Source: Macrostomum hystrix (lineage: Eukaryota; Animalia; Platyhelminthes). From it: a stretch of DNA of 64,000 bases. Shown here piece by piece: positions 40,642-50,083 of this stretch (positions are counted from its first letter, which is position 1; every line of letters starts with the position of its first letter). Made by a program: the position numbers and the translations under genes. The notes beneath the pieces are model-generated. The model worked only from the letters and a program-made list of their open reading frames with translations. It had not been told where the DNA came from and did no database searches. The DNA lies in contig CATNEN010000032.1 in NCBI GenBank assembly GCA_950097015.1, forward strand, positions 620,001-684,000, in the 5' to 3' direction.

Positions 40642-40838
40642 CCAGCCCAGACGCCACCCGACGGCTAGACCTCGAGCGTGTCAGAGATGGACGGGGTGGT
40701 GGCATAGGCAGTGTCAGGCGGGCGGACGACTCTCCAGCATCGGCAGTTTCACCGGATTCGTCATTGACATTATTGTCTTGCGCGCTGGCTGTTGCAGTTT
40801 TATTGCTGCTTGCCCCCAGTAAACACTGGATGAGTTAG
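23943..40838 (+). CDS. Gfrl: GDNF family receptor-like (GFRalpha/Gas1 family) GPI-anchored protein, 851 aa; join(23943..23967,24124..24321,32005..32280,38148..38522,38801..38965,39232..39765,39856..40838)
   Basis: Seven exons join in frame through six GT-AG phase-1 introns (2556 nt). N-terminal signal peptide ([33 protein letters not shown]); four domains each with 10 Cys starting C-x6-C-x5-C-x10-C and containing CxC, the GFR/GAS1 pattern; C-terminal hydrophobic tail. Family call from recalled pattern; symbol is family-level. Confidence 0.9.
24124..24321 (+). CDS. Gfrl: Gfrl exon 2: signal peptide and first half of GFR domain 1
   Basis: ...[31 protein letters not shown]; acceptor CTCCTTCCAG, donor GTGAGT at 24322. 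This frame is absent from the ORF track. Confidence 0.88.
24350..25260. repeat. 20-bp minisatellite (GAATGGGTGAACTGTTTGGT)n in Gfrl intron 2
   Basis: Period 20, ~45 copies, starting ~30 nt after the exon 2 donor. Confidence 0.96.
27721..28040 (+). mobile_element. tRNA-derived SINE family B, degenerate copy
   Basis: Colinear with 52509-52855 over ~300 bp (TTTGCCTCTCGCACCAAGG...CACATTTATTTGGGG...GGCAGAATTGCCTCCTCGCTGG...GCCCGCAGCCCTCCTGCAA); B box is decayed. Confidence 0.75.
28630..28975. repeat. ~32-bp minisatellite (CTACCCTCCGTCAGTACGTCCCTGAATAGACG)
   Basis: ~10 variable copies. Confidence 0.9.
30073..30697. repeat. 16-bp minisatellite (CTGATTCTCAGTGTCT)n
   Basis: Period 16 (30075 to 30091), ~39 copies. 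Confidence 0.97.
32005..32280 (+). CDS. Gfrl: Gfrl exon 3: second half of GFR domain 1 and Pro-rich linker
   Basis: [17 protein letters not shown]...NCFCP...[15 protein letters not shown]; acceptor CACTGCAG, donor GTCAGT at 32281. Confidence 0.9.
33284..34260. repeat. Composite GAGATGA(G/C)ACA minisatellite, copy 2
   Basis: Same core as 6607-7298, in the same orientation. Confidence 0.92.
34803..36284. repeat. 22/23-bp minisatellite (GGAGCTACCTGAGGACTGGGGT)n
   Basis: Period 22 with GGGTTT 23-bp variants, ~66 copies. Confidence 0.97.
37000..37118. repeat. 48-bp unit x ~2.3 (GAGACTGAGATTGGGGATGAGATTC...)
   Basis: Period 48 (37021 to 37069); shares motifs with the reverse complement of the 45-47.5 kb satellite. 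Confidence 0.7.
38148..38522 (+). CDS. Gfrl: Gfrl exon 4: Ser/Thr/Ala linker and GFR domain 2
   Basis: [26 protein letters not shown]...PCTC...[15 protein letters not shown]; donor GTGAGT at 38523. Confidence 0.92.
38555..38760 (+). mobile_element. tRNA-derived SINE family A, degenerate copy in Gfrl intron 4
   Basis: B box GAGTTCGAATC at 38621; CTTCACTTCATTCAGCTGC and GGTGTGGCGGCCTCCTAAGTCCACGGACTAAACA match the copy at 48060. Confidence 0.65.
38801..38965 (+). CDS. Gfrl: Gfrl exon 5: acidic/Pro linker
   Basis: Acceptor TTATTTTCAG, donor GTAAGA at 38966; 165 nt, keeps phase 1. Confidence 0.85.
39232..39765 (+). CDS. Gfrl: Gfrl exon 6: GFR domains 3 and 4
   Basis: [26 protein letters not shown]...PRCAY and [26 protein letters not shown]...KPKCL; donor GTGAGT at 39766. 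Confidence 0.93.
39856..40838 (+). CDS. Gfrl: Gfrl exon 7: Cys-rich region, RECK-like segment, polyQ, predicted GPI signal, stop
   Basis: Acceptor GGACAG; in frame with ORF 39870-40838; ends [37 protein letters not shown]. Confidence 0.9.
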
Positions 40839-40905
40839 TTGGAAAGTTGATTGACAAACTACAGAAGTGCCATATAAACAAAAAGTGATGCATGACGTGC
40901 GTATT

Positions 40906-41180
40906 TGCAGGGGTAGGAGTTGGCTTATAACGATTGGACGAGGTGGAGTCAGGAGGAGCGTGGCGTGAGGTGGGTACTTGCAGGGTAGGAGATGGCTTAT
41001 AACGATTGGACGAGGTGGAGTCAGGAGGAGCGTGGCGTGAGGTGGGTACTTGCAGGGTAGGAGATGGCTGATAACGATTGGACGAGGTGGAGTCAGGAGG
41101 AGCGTGGCGTGAGGTGGGTACTTGCAGGGTAGGAGATGGCTGATAACGATTGGACCAGGTGGAGTCAGGAGGAGAGGGTG
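40906..41180. repeat. 72-bp tandem repeat x ~3.8 just downstream of the Gfrl stop
   Basis: TGGCTTATAA/TGGCTGATAA recurs at 40921, 40993 and 41065. Confidence 0.93.
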
Positions 41181-42282
41181 TAGGTGGGTATTAAGACAAA
41201 TTTGAGTTCGTAGTTTGTAAAATATTGGTACTACTCTTCGTCCATGGTCAAAAACTTCCAAAAGTCTTGCGTCTATCTCTTCCTGCCATCGAAACGCGAG
41301 AGTTTTCTATTTCTCTACTCACGTGCTTTCAGCCTACTAACAGTAGACGCAGTGAAAAATCACACTTAACAAATTCGCTATTCTTTTCGGTGTAGGCGCT
41401 GCTCGACTCCGGCGCTCTTCTCTAAGTGTTCTATTTTGTCGAGCAGCCTGAGTCAATGCTTGTCATAAATTTTAATTGTTATTCATTCGAGCCAGAATTC
41501 GATACAGAATTTTACATTTTATAATTTATCATTCATCAAAACATGAAGCCATCCCTTGTTTGTCAACCGCGCACTATCTCCACAATCACCAGCTGACAAT
41601 TAGTGATTGTTTATATTGTTTTCGATCCCGTCTAAGTTGAAAAGTATTTTTTCTAATGTCCTCATTATAATTTATGAATTCTGTCTTGAGAAAAATGTAA
41701 ATACGAATTGCGCACTACTGACTACTTAGCAGTAGCTGATATGGCAAACTTGTTAAAAAAGTCTTGTTGCACAATCACGTCAATAGATTTTATATTTCAC
41801 TTTTCTTGCATAATCGTTTTAATTTACACACCCGTTCTCATGCCTGTAAATTTTATAAGCTACTATTGGCACACAGTAACGTCTATAATTAGATGCTTAT
41901 AAGCACAATGCGGCTTGAAAATTTTAAACAACACTAAATAAACTGTGCCCTGTGAGCAATTAGAGGCTTTAACTGCTTAATTGTGATTCTGTATTCCAGA
42001 ATTTACATTTTTGTTTTTTCTGTTCAACTATTACTTCCGTTGATAGTTATAATTATCATAATTATATAATAATTGATATCATAATACTACTACTGGTTCA
42101 TGGAATCACAGTACTAATTGCTATGCAGATAAAAATTCAAAGAAAATTTAATAAACATATTCACAGGTTCATAAAGTCTCACATTTTAAGCCTTGCAGAT
42201 AACCAAATTTACAAATTCACAGATTCACCTGTTCACAGATTCAATGTTCACATATTTGCAGATTTTTACTTGTTCACAGATC

Positions 42283-42896
42283 TACAGAATCAAGGATTTA
42301 CAGGTTTACATATCTACAGAATCAAGGATTTACAGGTTTACATATCTGCAGAATCAAGGATTTACAGGTTTACATATCTACAGAATCAATGATTTACAGG
42401 TTTACAGATCTACAGAATCAAGGATTTACAGGTTTACAGATCTACAGAATCAAGGATTTACAGGTTTACATATCTACAGAATCAAGGATTTACAGGTTTA
42501 CAGATCTACAGAATCAAGGATTTACAGGTTTACAGATCTACAGAATCAATGATTTACAGGTTTACAGATCTACAGAATAAATGATTTACAGGTTTACAGA
42601 TCTACAGAATCAAGGATTTACAGGTTTACAGATCTACAGAATCAAGGATTTACAGGTTTACAGATCAACAGAATCAAGGATTTACAGGTTTACAGATCTA
42701 CAGAATCAAGGATTTACAGGTTTACAGATCTACAGAATCAAGGATTTACAGGTTTACAGATCTACAGAATCAAGGATTTACAGGTTTACAGATCTACAGA
42801 ATCAAGGATTTACAGGTTCACAGATCTACAGAATCAAGGATTTACAGGTTTACAGATCTACAGAATCAAGGATTTACAGGTTTACAGATCTACAGT
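42283..42896. repeat. 32-bp satellite (GATCTACAGAATCAAGGATTTACAGGTTTACA)n
   Basis: ~19 near-identical copies. Confidence 0.96.
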
Positions 42897-43649
42897 TTCG
42901 AAATGCAACAAAAAAGAAAAGTGATTTTCTATTAAAATTGCAGGCAACGCCAAATACATAAATCATTTAACATAATCCATGACCTGTTGCAGTCATCATT
43001 CTCATTCCTTGCACTGGCAATTTAAAATCTGCACTAGTCGATATGTAACCAGGCTAATAGGTATTCAGCAGGTGGCCGCATCTCAGCTGGCTCTCGGAAT
43101 AATTCAGTAGCTCTAAGAGCTTTAAAGCGAACTCGAAGCAATTTCATATTCACTTTTTGTCTCTCTGATTAGATATCTTTAACAAAGAAGATTTATTCAC
43201 CCAGATCTACATTTCTTGTTGTCAGTCTCAGGAAATTCATCGGCATGCATTTCTTATTAAGACTAAAGCGAGATTAAGCAATTGAATCCAAATCTGAATT
43301 TCAAATTGATTTGATTTGCATTCCACTCTGACCCTTTAAGGTCTCTTTAATGATAAATTCCAAGTGATAAATTCACTTTACTATGTTCACAGATTCACAG
43401 ATTCACAAGTTCACATATTTGCAAACTCACACATTACCATATTGACGTATTCACAGATTTACATACTCACAAATGCACATCATTTCACATGTTAATATAT
43501 TAAAAAGTAAAAAATATCATTTTTTATATTCACATATTTTCATTTATTTCGAGATTGACACACTCAATCATTCACACATTCAGACTTTCACCTATTCGTT
43601 AGTTCATTCATTCACACGTACATACATTCGCAAATTAACAGACTGACGG

Positions 43650-44586
43650 ATTTATAGATTCACAGATTCACAGATTCACAGATTCACAGATTCACAGATT
43701 CACAGATTCACAGATTCACAGATTAACAATTTCACAGATTCACAGATTCACAGATTCACAGATTCACAGATTCACAGATTCACAGATTCACAGATTCACA
43801 GATTCACAGATTCACAGATTCACAGATTAACAATTTCACAGATTCACAGATTCACAGATTCACAGATTCACAGATTCACAGATTAACAATTTCACAGATT
43901 CACACATTCACAGATTAACAACTTCACAGATTCACAGATTCACAGATTCACAGATTCACAGATTCACAGATTCACAGATTCACAGATTAACAATTTCGCA
44001 GATTCACAAATTCACAGATTCACAGATTCACGCCAGATTCACAGATTCACAAATTCGCAGATTCACAAATTCACAGATTCACAGATTCACAGATTCACAC
44101 CAGATTCACAGATTCACAGATTCACAGATTCACAGATTCACAGATTCACACAAGATTCACAGATTCACAGATTCACACCAGATTCACAGATTCACAGATT
44201 CACAGATTCACACCAGATTCACAGATTCACAGATTCACAGATTCGCAGATTCACAGATTCACAGATTCACAGATTCACAGATTAACAATTTCACAGATTC
44301 ACAGATTCACAGATTCACACCAGATTCACAGATTCACACCAGATTCACAGATTCACAAATTCGCAGATTCACAGATTCACAGATTAACAATTTCACAGAT
44401 TCACAGATTCACAGATTCACACCAGATTCACAGATTCACACCAGATTCACAGATTCACAAATTCGCAGATTCACAGATTCACAGATTCACACCAGATTCA
44501 CAGATTCACACCAGATTCACAGATTCACAAATTCACAGATTCACAGATTCACAGATTCACACCAGATTCACAGATTCACAAATTCA
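43650..44586. repeat. 8-bp repeat (GATTCACA)n with 10-bp and AAATT variants
   Basis: Period 8. Confidence 0.96.
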
Positions 44587-45011
44587 ATGGTTCGTTGATT
44601 CCTAAACGGATAGATTTACAAGTTTTCTTAATTTGCAGTTTCTCAAATTTTAGGACTCGGATTTTGAGTCTGTTCGCTGCGAAGAATCCGTACTGATAGA
44701 CTCAGTCATTCAGCGAGTGGGGGATGCCGGTCCCATCTGAGTAGCAAAGCTGTCTCGCATTTATTAAAACACCTACTAGCATGAAGAACCGAGGCAAGGA
44801 GTCTGTAATCATTAAAGCTAGAATCGGGAACCCCGAGTTTTAGTTGTATTGACCGAAATTGCCGCTTTCAAACCCTTGTTAAGCTTATTCAACTCGTCCA
44901 TGCTCATTAACTGTTGTCAGGCACTTTCTTTCTTCTCAAAACTTTTAACTTTCTATACTTTCCTCACCTTCCATTCAAGCCCTCTTCATTTCATTTCACT
45001 CCATACCCTAG

Positions 45012-47563
45012 TCTCTGATCTCAGTCTAGCTTAGTCTCTAATCTCAGTCTCCAATCTCACCCCACCGAGTCTTTGATCTCAGTCTCCAATCTCACCCTCA
45101 CCGAGAATATGATCTCAGTCTAGCTTAGTCTCTAATCTCAGTCTCCAATCTCACCCCACCGAGTCTTTGATCTCAGTCTCCAATCTCACCCTCACCGAGA
45201 ATCTGATCTCAGTCTCCAATCTCACCCTCACCGAGAATCTGATCTCAGTCTCCAATCACACCCTCACCGAGAATCTGATCTCAGTCTAGCTTAGTCTCTA
45301 ATCTCAGCTCCAATCTCGCCCTCACCGAGAATCTAATCTCAGTCTCCAATCTCACCCTCACCGAGAATCTGATCTCAGTCTAGCTTAGTCTCTAATCTCA
45401 GTCTCCAATCTCACCCCACCGAGTCTCTGATCTCAGTCTCCAATCTCACCCTCACCGAGAATCTGATCTCAGTCTAGCTTAGTCTCTAATCTCAGTCTCC
45501 AATCTCGCCCTCACCGAGAATCTGATCTCAGTCTCCAATCTCACCCTCACCGAGAATCTGATCTCAGTCTCCAATCTCACCCTCACCGAGAATCTGATCT
45601 CAGTCTCCAATCTCACCCTCACCGAGAATCTGATCTCAGTCTAGCTTAGTCTCTAATCTCAGTCTCCAATCTCACCCTCACCGAGAATCTGATCTCAGTC
45701 TCCAATCTCACCCTCACCGAGAATCTGATCTCAGTCTAGCTTAGTCTCTAATCTCAGTCTCCAATCTCACCCTCACCGAGAATCTGATCTCAGTCTAGCT
45801 TAGTCTCTAATCTCAGTCTCCAATCTCACCCCACCGAGTCTTTGATCTCAGTCTCCAATCTCACCCTCACCGAGAATCTGATCTCAGTCTAGCTTAGTCT
45901 CTAATCTCAGTCTCCAATCTCACCCCACCGAGTCTTTGATCTCAGTCTCCAATCTCACCCTCACCGAGAATCTGATCTCAGTCTAGCTTAGTCTCTAATC
46001 TCAGTCTCCAATCTCGCCCTCACCGAGAATCTAATCTCAGTCTCCAATCTCACCCTCACCGAGTCTCTGATCTCAGTCTCCAATCTCACCCTCACCGAGA
46101 ATCTGATCTCAGTCTAGCTTAGTCTCTAATCTCAGTCTCCAATCTCACCCCACCAAGTCTCTGAACTCAGTCTCCAATCTCACCCTCACCGGGAATCTGA
46201 TCTCAGTCTCCAATCTCACCCTCACCGAGAATCTGATCTCAGTCTAGCTTAGTCTCTAATCTCAGTCTCCAATCTCACCCTCACCGAGAATCTAATCTCA
46301 GTCTCTAATCTCACCCTCACCGAGAATCTTATCTCAGTCTCTAATCTCACCCTCACCGAGAATCTGATCTCAGTCTAGCTTAGTCTCTAATCTCAGTCTC
46401 CAATCTCACCCCACCGAGTCTCTGATCTCAGTCTCCAATCTCGCCCTCACCGAGAATCTGATCTCAGTCTCCAATCTCGCCCTCACCGAGAATCTGATCT
46501 CAGTCTCCAATCTCACCCTCACCGAGAATCTGATCTCAGTCTAGCTTAGTCTCTAATCTCAGTCTCCAATCTCGCCCTCACCGAGAATCTGATCTCAGTC
46601 TCCAATCTCACCCACATCGAGAATCTGATCTCAGTCTCCAATCTCACCCTCACCGAGAATCTGATCTCAGTCTAGCTTAGTCTCTAATCTCAGTCTCCAA
46701 TCTCACCCTCACCGAGAATCTGATCTCAGTCTAGCTTAGTCTCTAATCTTAGTCTACAATCTCGCCCTCACCGAGAATCTGATCTCAGTCTCTAATCGCA
46801 CCCTCACCGAGAATCTGATCTCAGTCTAGCTTAGTCTCTAATCTCAGTCTCCAATCTCACCCTCACCGAGAATCTGATCTCAGTCTAGCTTAGTCTCTAA
46901 TCTCAGTCTCCAATCTCGCCCTCACCGAGAATCTGATCTCAGTCTCCAATCTCACCCTCACCGAGAATCTGATCTCAGTCTCTAATCTCACCGTCACCGA
47001 GAATCTGATCTCAGTCTCTAATCGCACCCTCACCGAGAATCTGATCTCAGTCTCTAATCGCACCCTCACCGAGAATCTGATCTCAGTCTAGCTTAGTCTC
47101 TAATCTCAGTCTCCAATCTCGCCCTCAACGAGAATCTGATCTCAGTCTAGCTTAGTCTCTAATCTCAGTCTCCAATCTCGCCCTCAACGAGAATCTGATC
47201 TCAGTCTAGCTTAGTCTCTAATCTCAGTCTCCAATCTCGCCCTCAACGAGAATCTGATCTCAGTCTAGCTTAGTCTCTAATCTCAGTCTCCAATCTCGCC
47301 CTCAACGAGAATCTGATCTCAGTCTAGCTTAGTCTCTAATCTCAGTCTCTAATCTCACCCTCACCGAGAATCTGATCTCAGTCTCCAATCTCACCCTCAC
47401 CGAGAATCTGATCTCAGTCTCTAATCTCACCCTCAGCGAGAATCTGATCTCAGTCTCTAATCTCACCCTCACCGAGAATCTGATCTCAGTCTCCAATCTC
47501 ACCCTCACCGAGAATCTGATCTCAGTCTCTAATCTCACCCTCAGCGAGAATCTGATCTCAGTC
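45012..47563. repeat. Composite satellite of 36-bp and 23-bp units
   Basis: 36-mer CTCAGTCTCCAATCTCACCCTCACCGAGAATCTGAT interspersed with 23-mer CTCAGTCTAGCTTAGTCTCTAAT. Confidence 0.96.
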
Positions 47564-47864
47564 CCCGAATGCAGTCTATTTCCCAATATTCAATTTGTTT
47601 TTTTCTCAATCAAATCTACCTGTGAATGCCCAAATTCGGTGACTTGTCCTGAATAGCAGACTTATTAGTTATTCATCTTTTTTCGGCGCTAATTGGCCTT
47701 GACCCCGGAAACCCCGGCACAGCGGCTGACATCAAAGATACTAGCAAATATAACTCTTCACTCCCTCTAACGAATTTCATATTTATTAGAAACTGGTCAA
47801 CTTAGGCCGGAAAATTGCTTCGGGAAAAACAGGATCTGCTAATTGCTATTTGTCCTGGCATCTG

Positions 47865-47983
47865 ATTGGTCGATGAATCTGATGCTGACTTGCTGCATAA
47901 AAAGTCGCCATTCATTATTCAAGCTGGCAAGTGTGAATTAAAAAATCACAAATTACAATTGCTAACAAGCTACACAGGTAAGC
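47865..47983 (+). promoter_or_regulatory. Candidate promoter and non-coding first exon of neuropeptide gene 1
   Basis: Reverse CCAAT (ATTGG 47865-69), TATA-like CATAAAAAG (47896-904), strong donor CAG|GTAAGC at 47978 that could splice to the acceptor at 48494. Confidence 0.45.
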
Positions 47984-48059
47984 TGTTGCTTTTAGTGAAA
48001 ATTAATTGATATTCCTACAGTTAGTGTTTATGCTAGTCTTAGCAGTTTAAGTATTTCTA

Positions 48060-48336
48060 GGCAGTTGTAGCCTTGTGGTTAGAGCTCGGACTCACGACTG
48101 GAAGGTTGGGGGTTCGATACCAGACTCCACTGGAACAATTTGTGTCACTCAGCAGACACTTAAACTCTGCATTGCTTCAGTTCACCCAGCTGCTAGATGG
48201 GTGCCAGCATCGGCTGGGGTAATTGAAATTGGTGTGGCGTCCTCCCAGTCCATGGACTGAACACCCGTACGCATAGCTGCGACTGTGCTGTTGGCTGCAC
48301 ATATGACCCGATAGGAACAGGTGCAATCAATCATTA
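48060..48336 (+). mobile_element. tRNA-derived SINE family A with a Nin/Deu-like central domain
   Basis: A-box-like TAGCCTTGTGGTTAG, B box GGTTCGATACC (48111-21), body GACACTTAAACTC...CATTGCTTCAGTTCACCCAGCTG...ATGGGT, short (CAAT) tail. Confidence 0.75.
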
Positions 48337-48515
48337 CTCACAAAATGATCATTCTATTCCACGAAGGGCCAAGCACCCTGTGAGAGTGTGACGCCTGTGA
48401 TTGCTCAGGGGTCAGCAGAATGTGCAGAATTGTCTCGTAACTTTAAAGCAAATCAATTGAGCTTGCTCATTTTCTCAAAAGTTTATTCAAACAGCCAGAC
48501 AAGCTCGCGAGAACA

Positions 48516-49726
48516 ATGCCAACAAAGCGAACTCTGCTGGCTGAGCTGCCGCTGCTGCTCCTGTGCTGCGCCCAGCTGTCCTTGGCAGCTCCGCTTGAGC
48601 AGCCGGTCAACCGCGAGTCCGCCAACGACGTGGAACTGACGGCGCCGTTCAACTCAAACCAACCGTTAGAGCCGACCCGGGAGAAGTTCGTGTTCTAGTA
48701 ATTCTAACAGTTCTAGGTGTTCTAATAGTTCTAGGTGTTCTAATAGTTTTAGGTGTTCTAATAGTTCTAGGTGTTCTAATAGTTCTAGGTGTTCTAACAG
48801 TTCTAGGTGTTCTAATAGTTCTAGGTGTTCTAATAGTTCCAGGTGTTCTAATAGTTCCAGGTGTTCTAATAGTTCTAGGTGTTCCAGGTGTTTCATAACT
48901 TGAATCGAACAGTTTTATAACAATAGTATGCTGAGATTTAAACCTTCGTATTTCATTCTACGCCCGGCTGGACATGGTCTAAAGGTAGCAATTAAATATG
49001 ATTACGGGAGAGAATTAAAATGTCATTTTAAATGGGTGTTTACTGCTGTTTACTTAAGTGTGGATGTTTTCTTAAGTGTGGCTTACTTACATTACTACTG
49101 AATAAGCAGCAGTAGCGTGAGTTGCACATTACCATTTTTTTCATTCCGTCCCTCAAAACAATTTGACAGCTTCGGCGAGGTTAAGCGATCGGCGAAGGAT
49201 TTCAACGCGGCCAGACTGCTGGCCAGGCTGGCGGATTTTAAGGCCAAGAACGACTTCCTGACACAGCGGATTCGGTGAGGCTAGCGGGGTGTATACACTG
49301 CCTAGAGTAGGGTGTTTACACTGCCTAGAGTAGGGTGTTTACACTGCCTAGAGTAGGGTGTTTACAGAGTCTAGAGTAGGGTGTTTACACTGCCTAGAGT
49401 AGGGTGTTTACACTGCCTAGAGTAGGGTGTTTACACTGCCTAGAGTAGGGTGTTTACACTGCCTAGAGTAGGGTGTATACACTGCCTAGAGTAGGGTGTT
49501 TACACTGCCTAGAGTAGGGTGTTTACACTGCCTAGAGTAGGGTGTTTACACTGCCTAGAGTAGGGTGTTTACAGAGTGTAGAGTAGTGTGTTTACAGAGT
49601 GTAGAGTAGGGTGTTTACAGAGTCTAGAGTAGGGTGTTTACAGAGTCTAGAGTAGGGTGTTTACACTGTCTAGAGTAGTGTGTTTAATTTAACAGCCTCA
49701 TTAAAATGCATTTCAGCATGGGCTGA
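48516..49726 (+). CDS. Neuropeptide precursor 1 (NPY/NPF-like, RIRM-amide), 87 aa; join(48516..48664,49170..49274,49717..49726)
   Basis: Signal peptide MPTKRTLLAELPLLLLCCAQLSLA; KR site followed by SAKDFNAARLLARLADFKAKNDFLTQRIRM-G-stop; last intron is phase 2 inside the Arg codon (CG|GTGAGG...TTTCAG|C). The exon 1 donor could be the alternative phase-2 GT ~21 nt downstream. Confidence 0.82.
48698..48893. repeat. 18-bp minisatellite (GTTCTAATAGTTCTAGGT) in precursor 1 intron 1
   Basis: ~11 copies. Confidence 0.93.
49287..49682. repeat. 23-bp minisatellite (GGGTGTTTACACTGCCTAGAGTA) in precursor 1 intron 2
   Basis: Period 23 (49321 to 49344), ~17 copies. Confidence 0.95.
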
Positions 49727-50083
49727 GCACAGCTGCTCAAAGGCCAGAATGATTCAAGCATCATCGGCTGAGTCGACTTTGACTAAAAAACAATCAAAAA
49801 GATCGCATAGCTGATGCTTATGCTACTGCCGTGGAACAATGCTGCTGATGAAAACAAAATACAAAATTCTGAAACTGCTGAATAATTTGCACGCCTACGC
49901 GATGGCTTTTCTTGTTGGAGTTTATTCTCTTCTCTGATTTAACAGTTTCTTAGTAGGCAATTTTTTTTGCTAAAGTTTGTAGAACAAAGTAGAAAACTTC
50001 ACGAAACACTTATTACAATTTACCCAGAAATTCTCATGGACACATTTGCCATTCTGATTCGAAATAGAATCAATAATTTCAGA

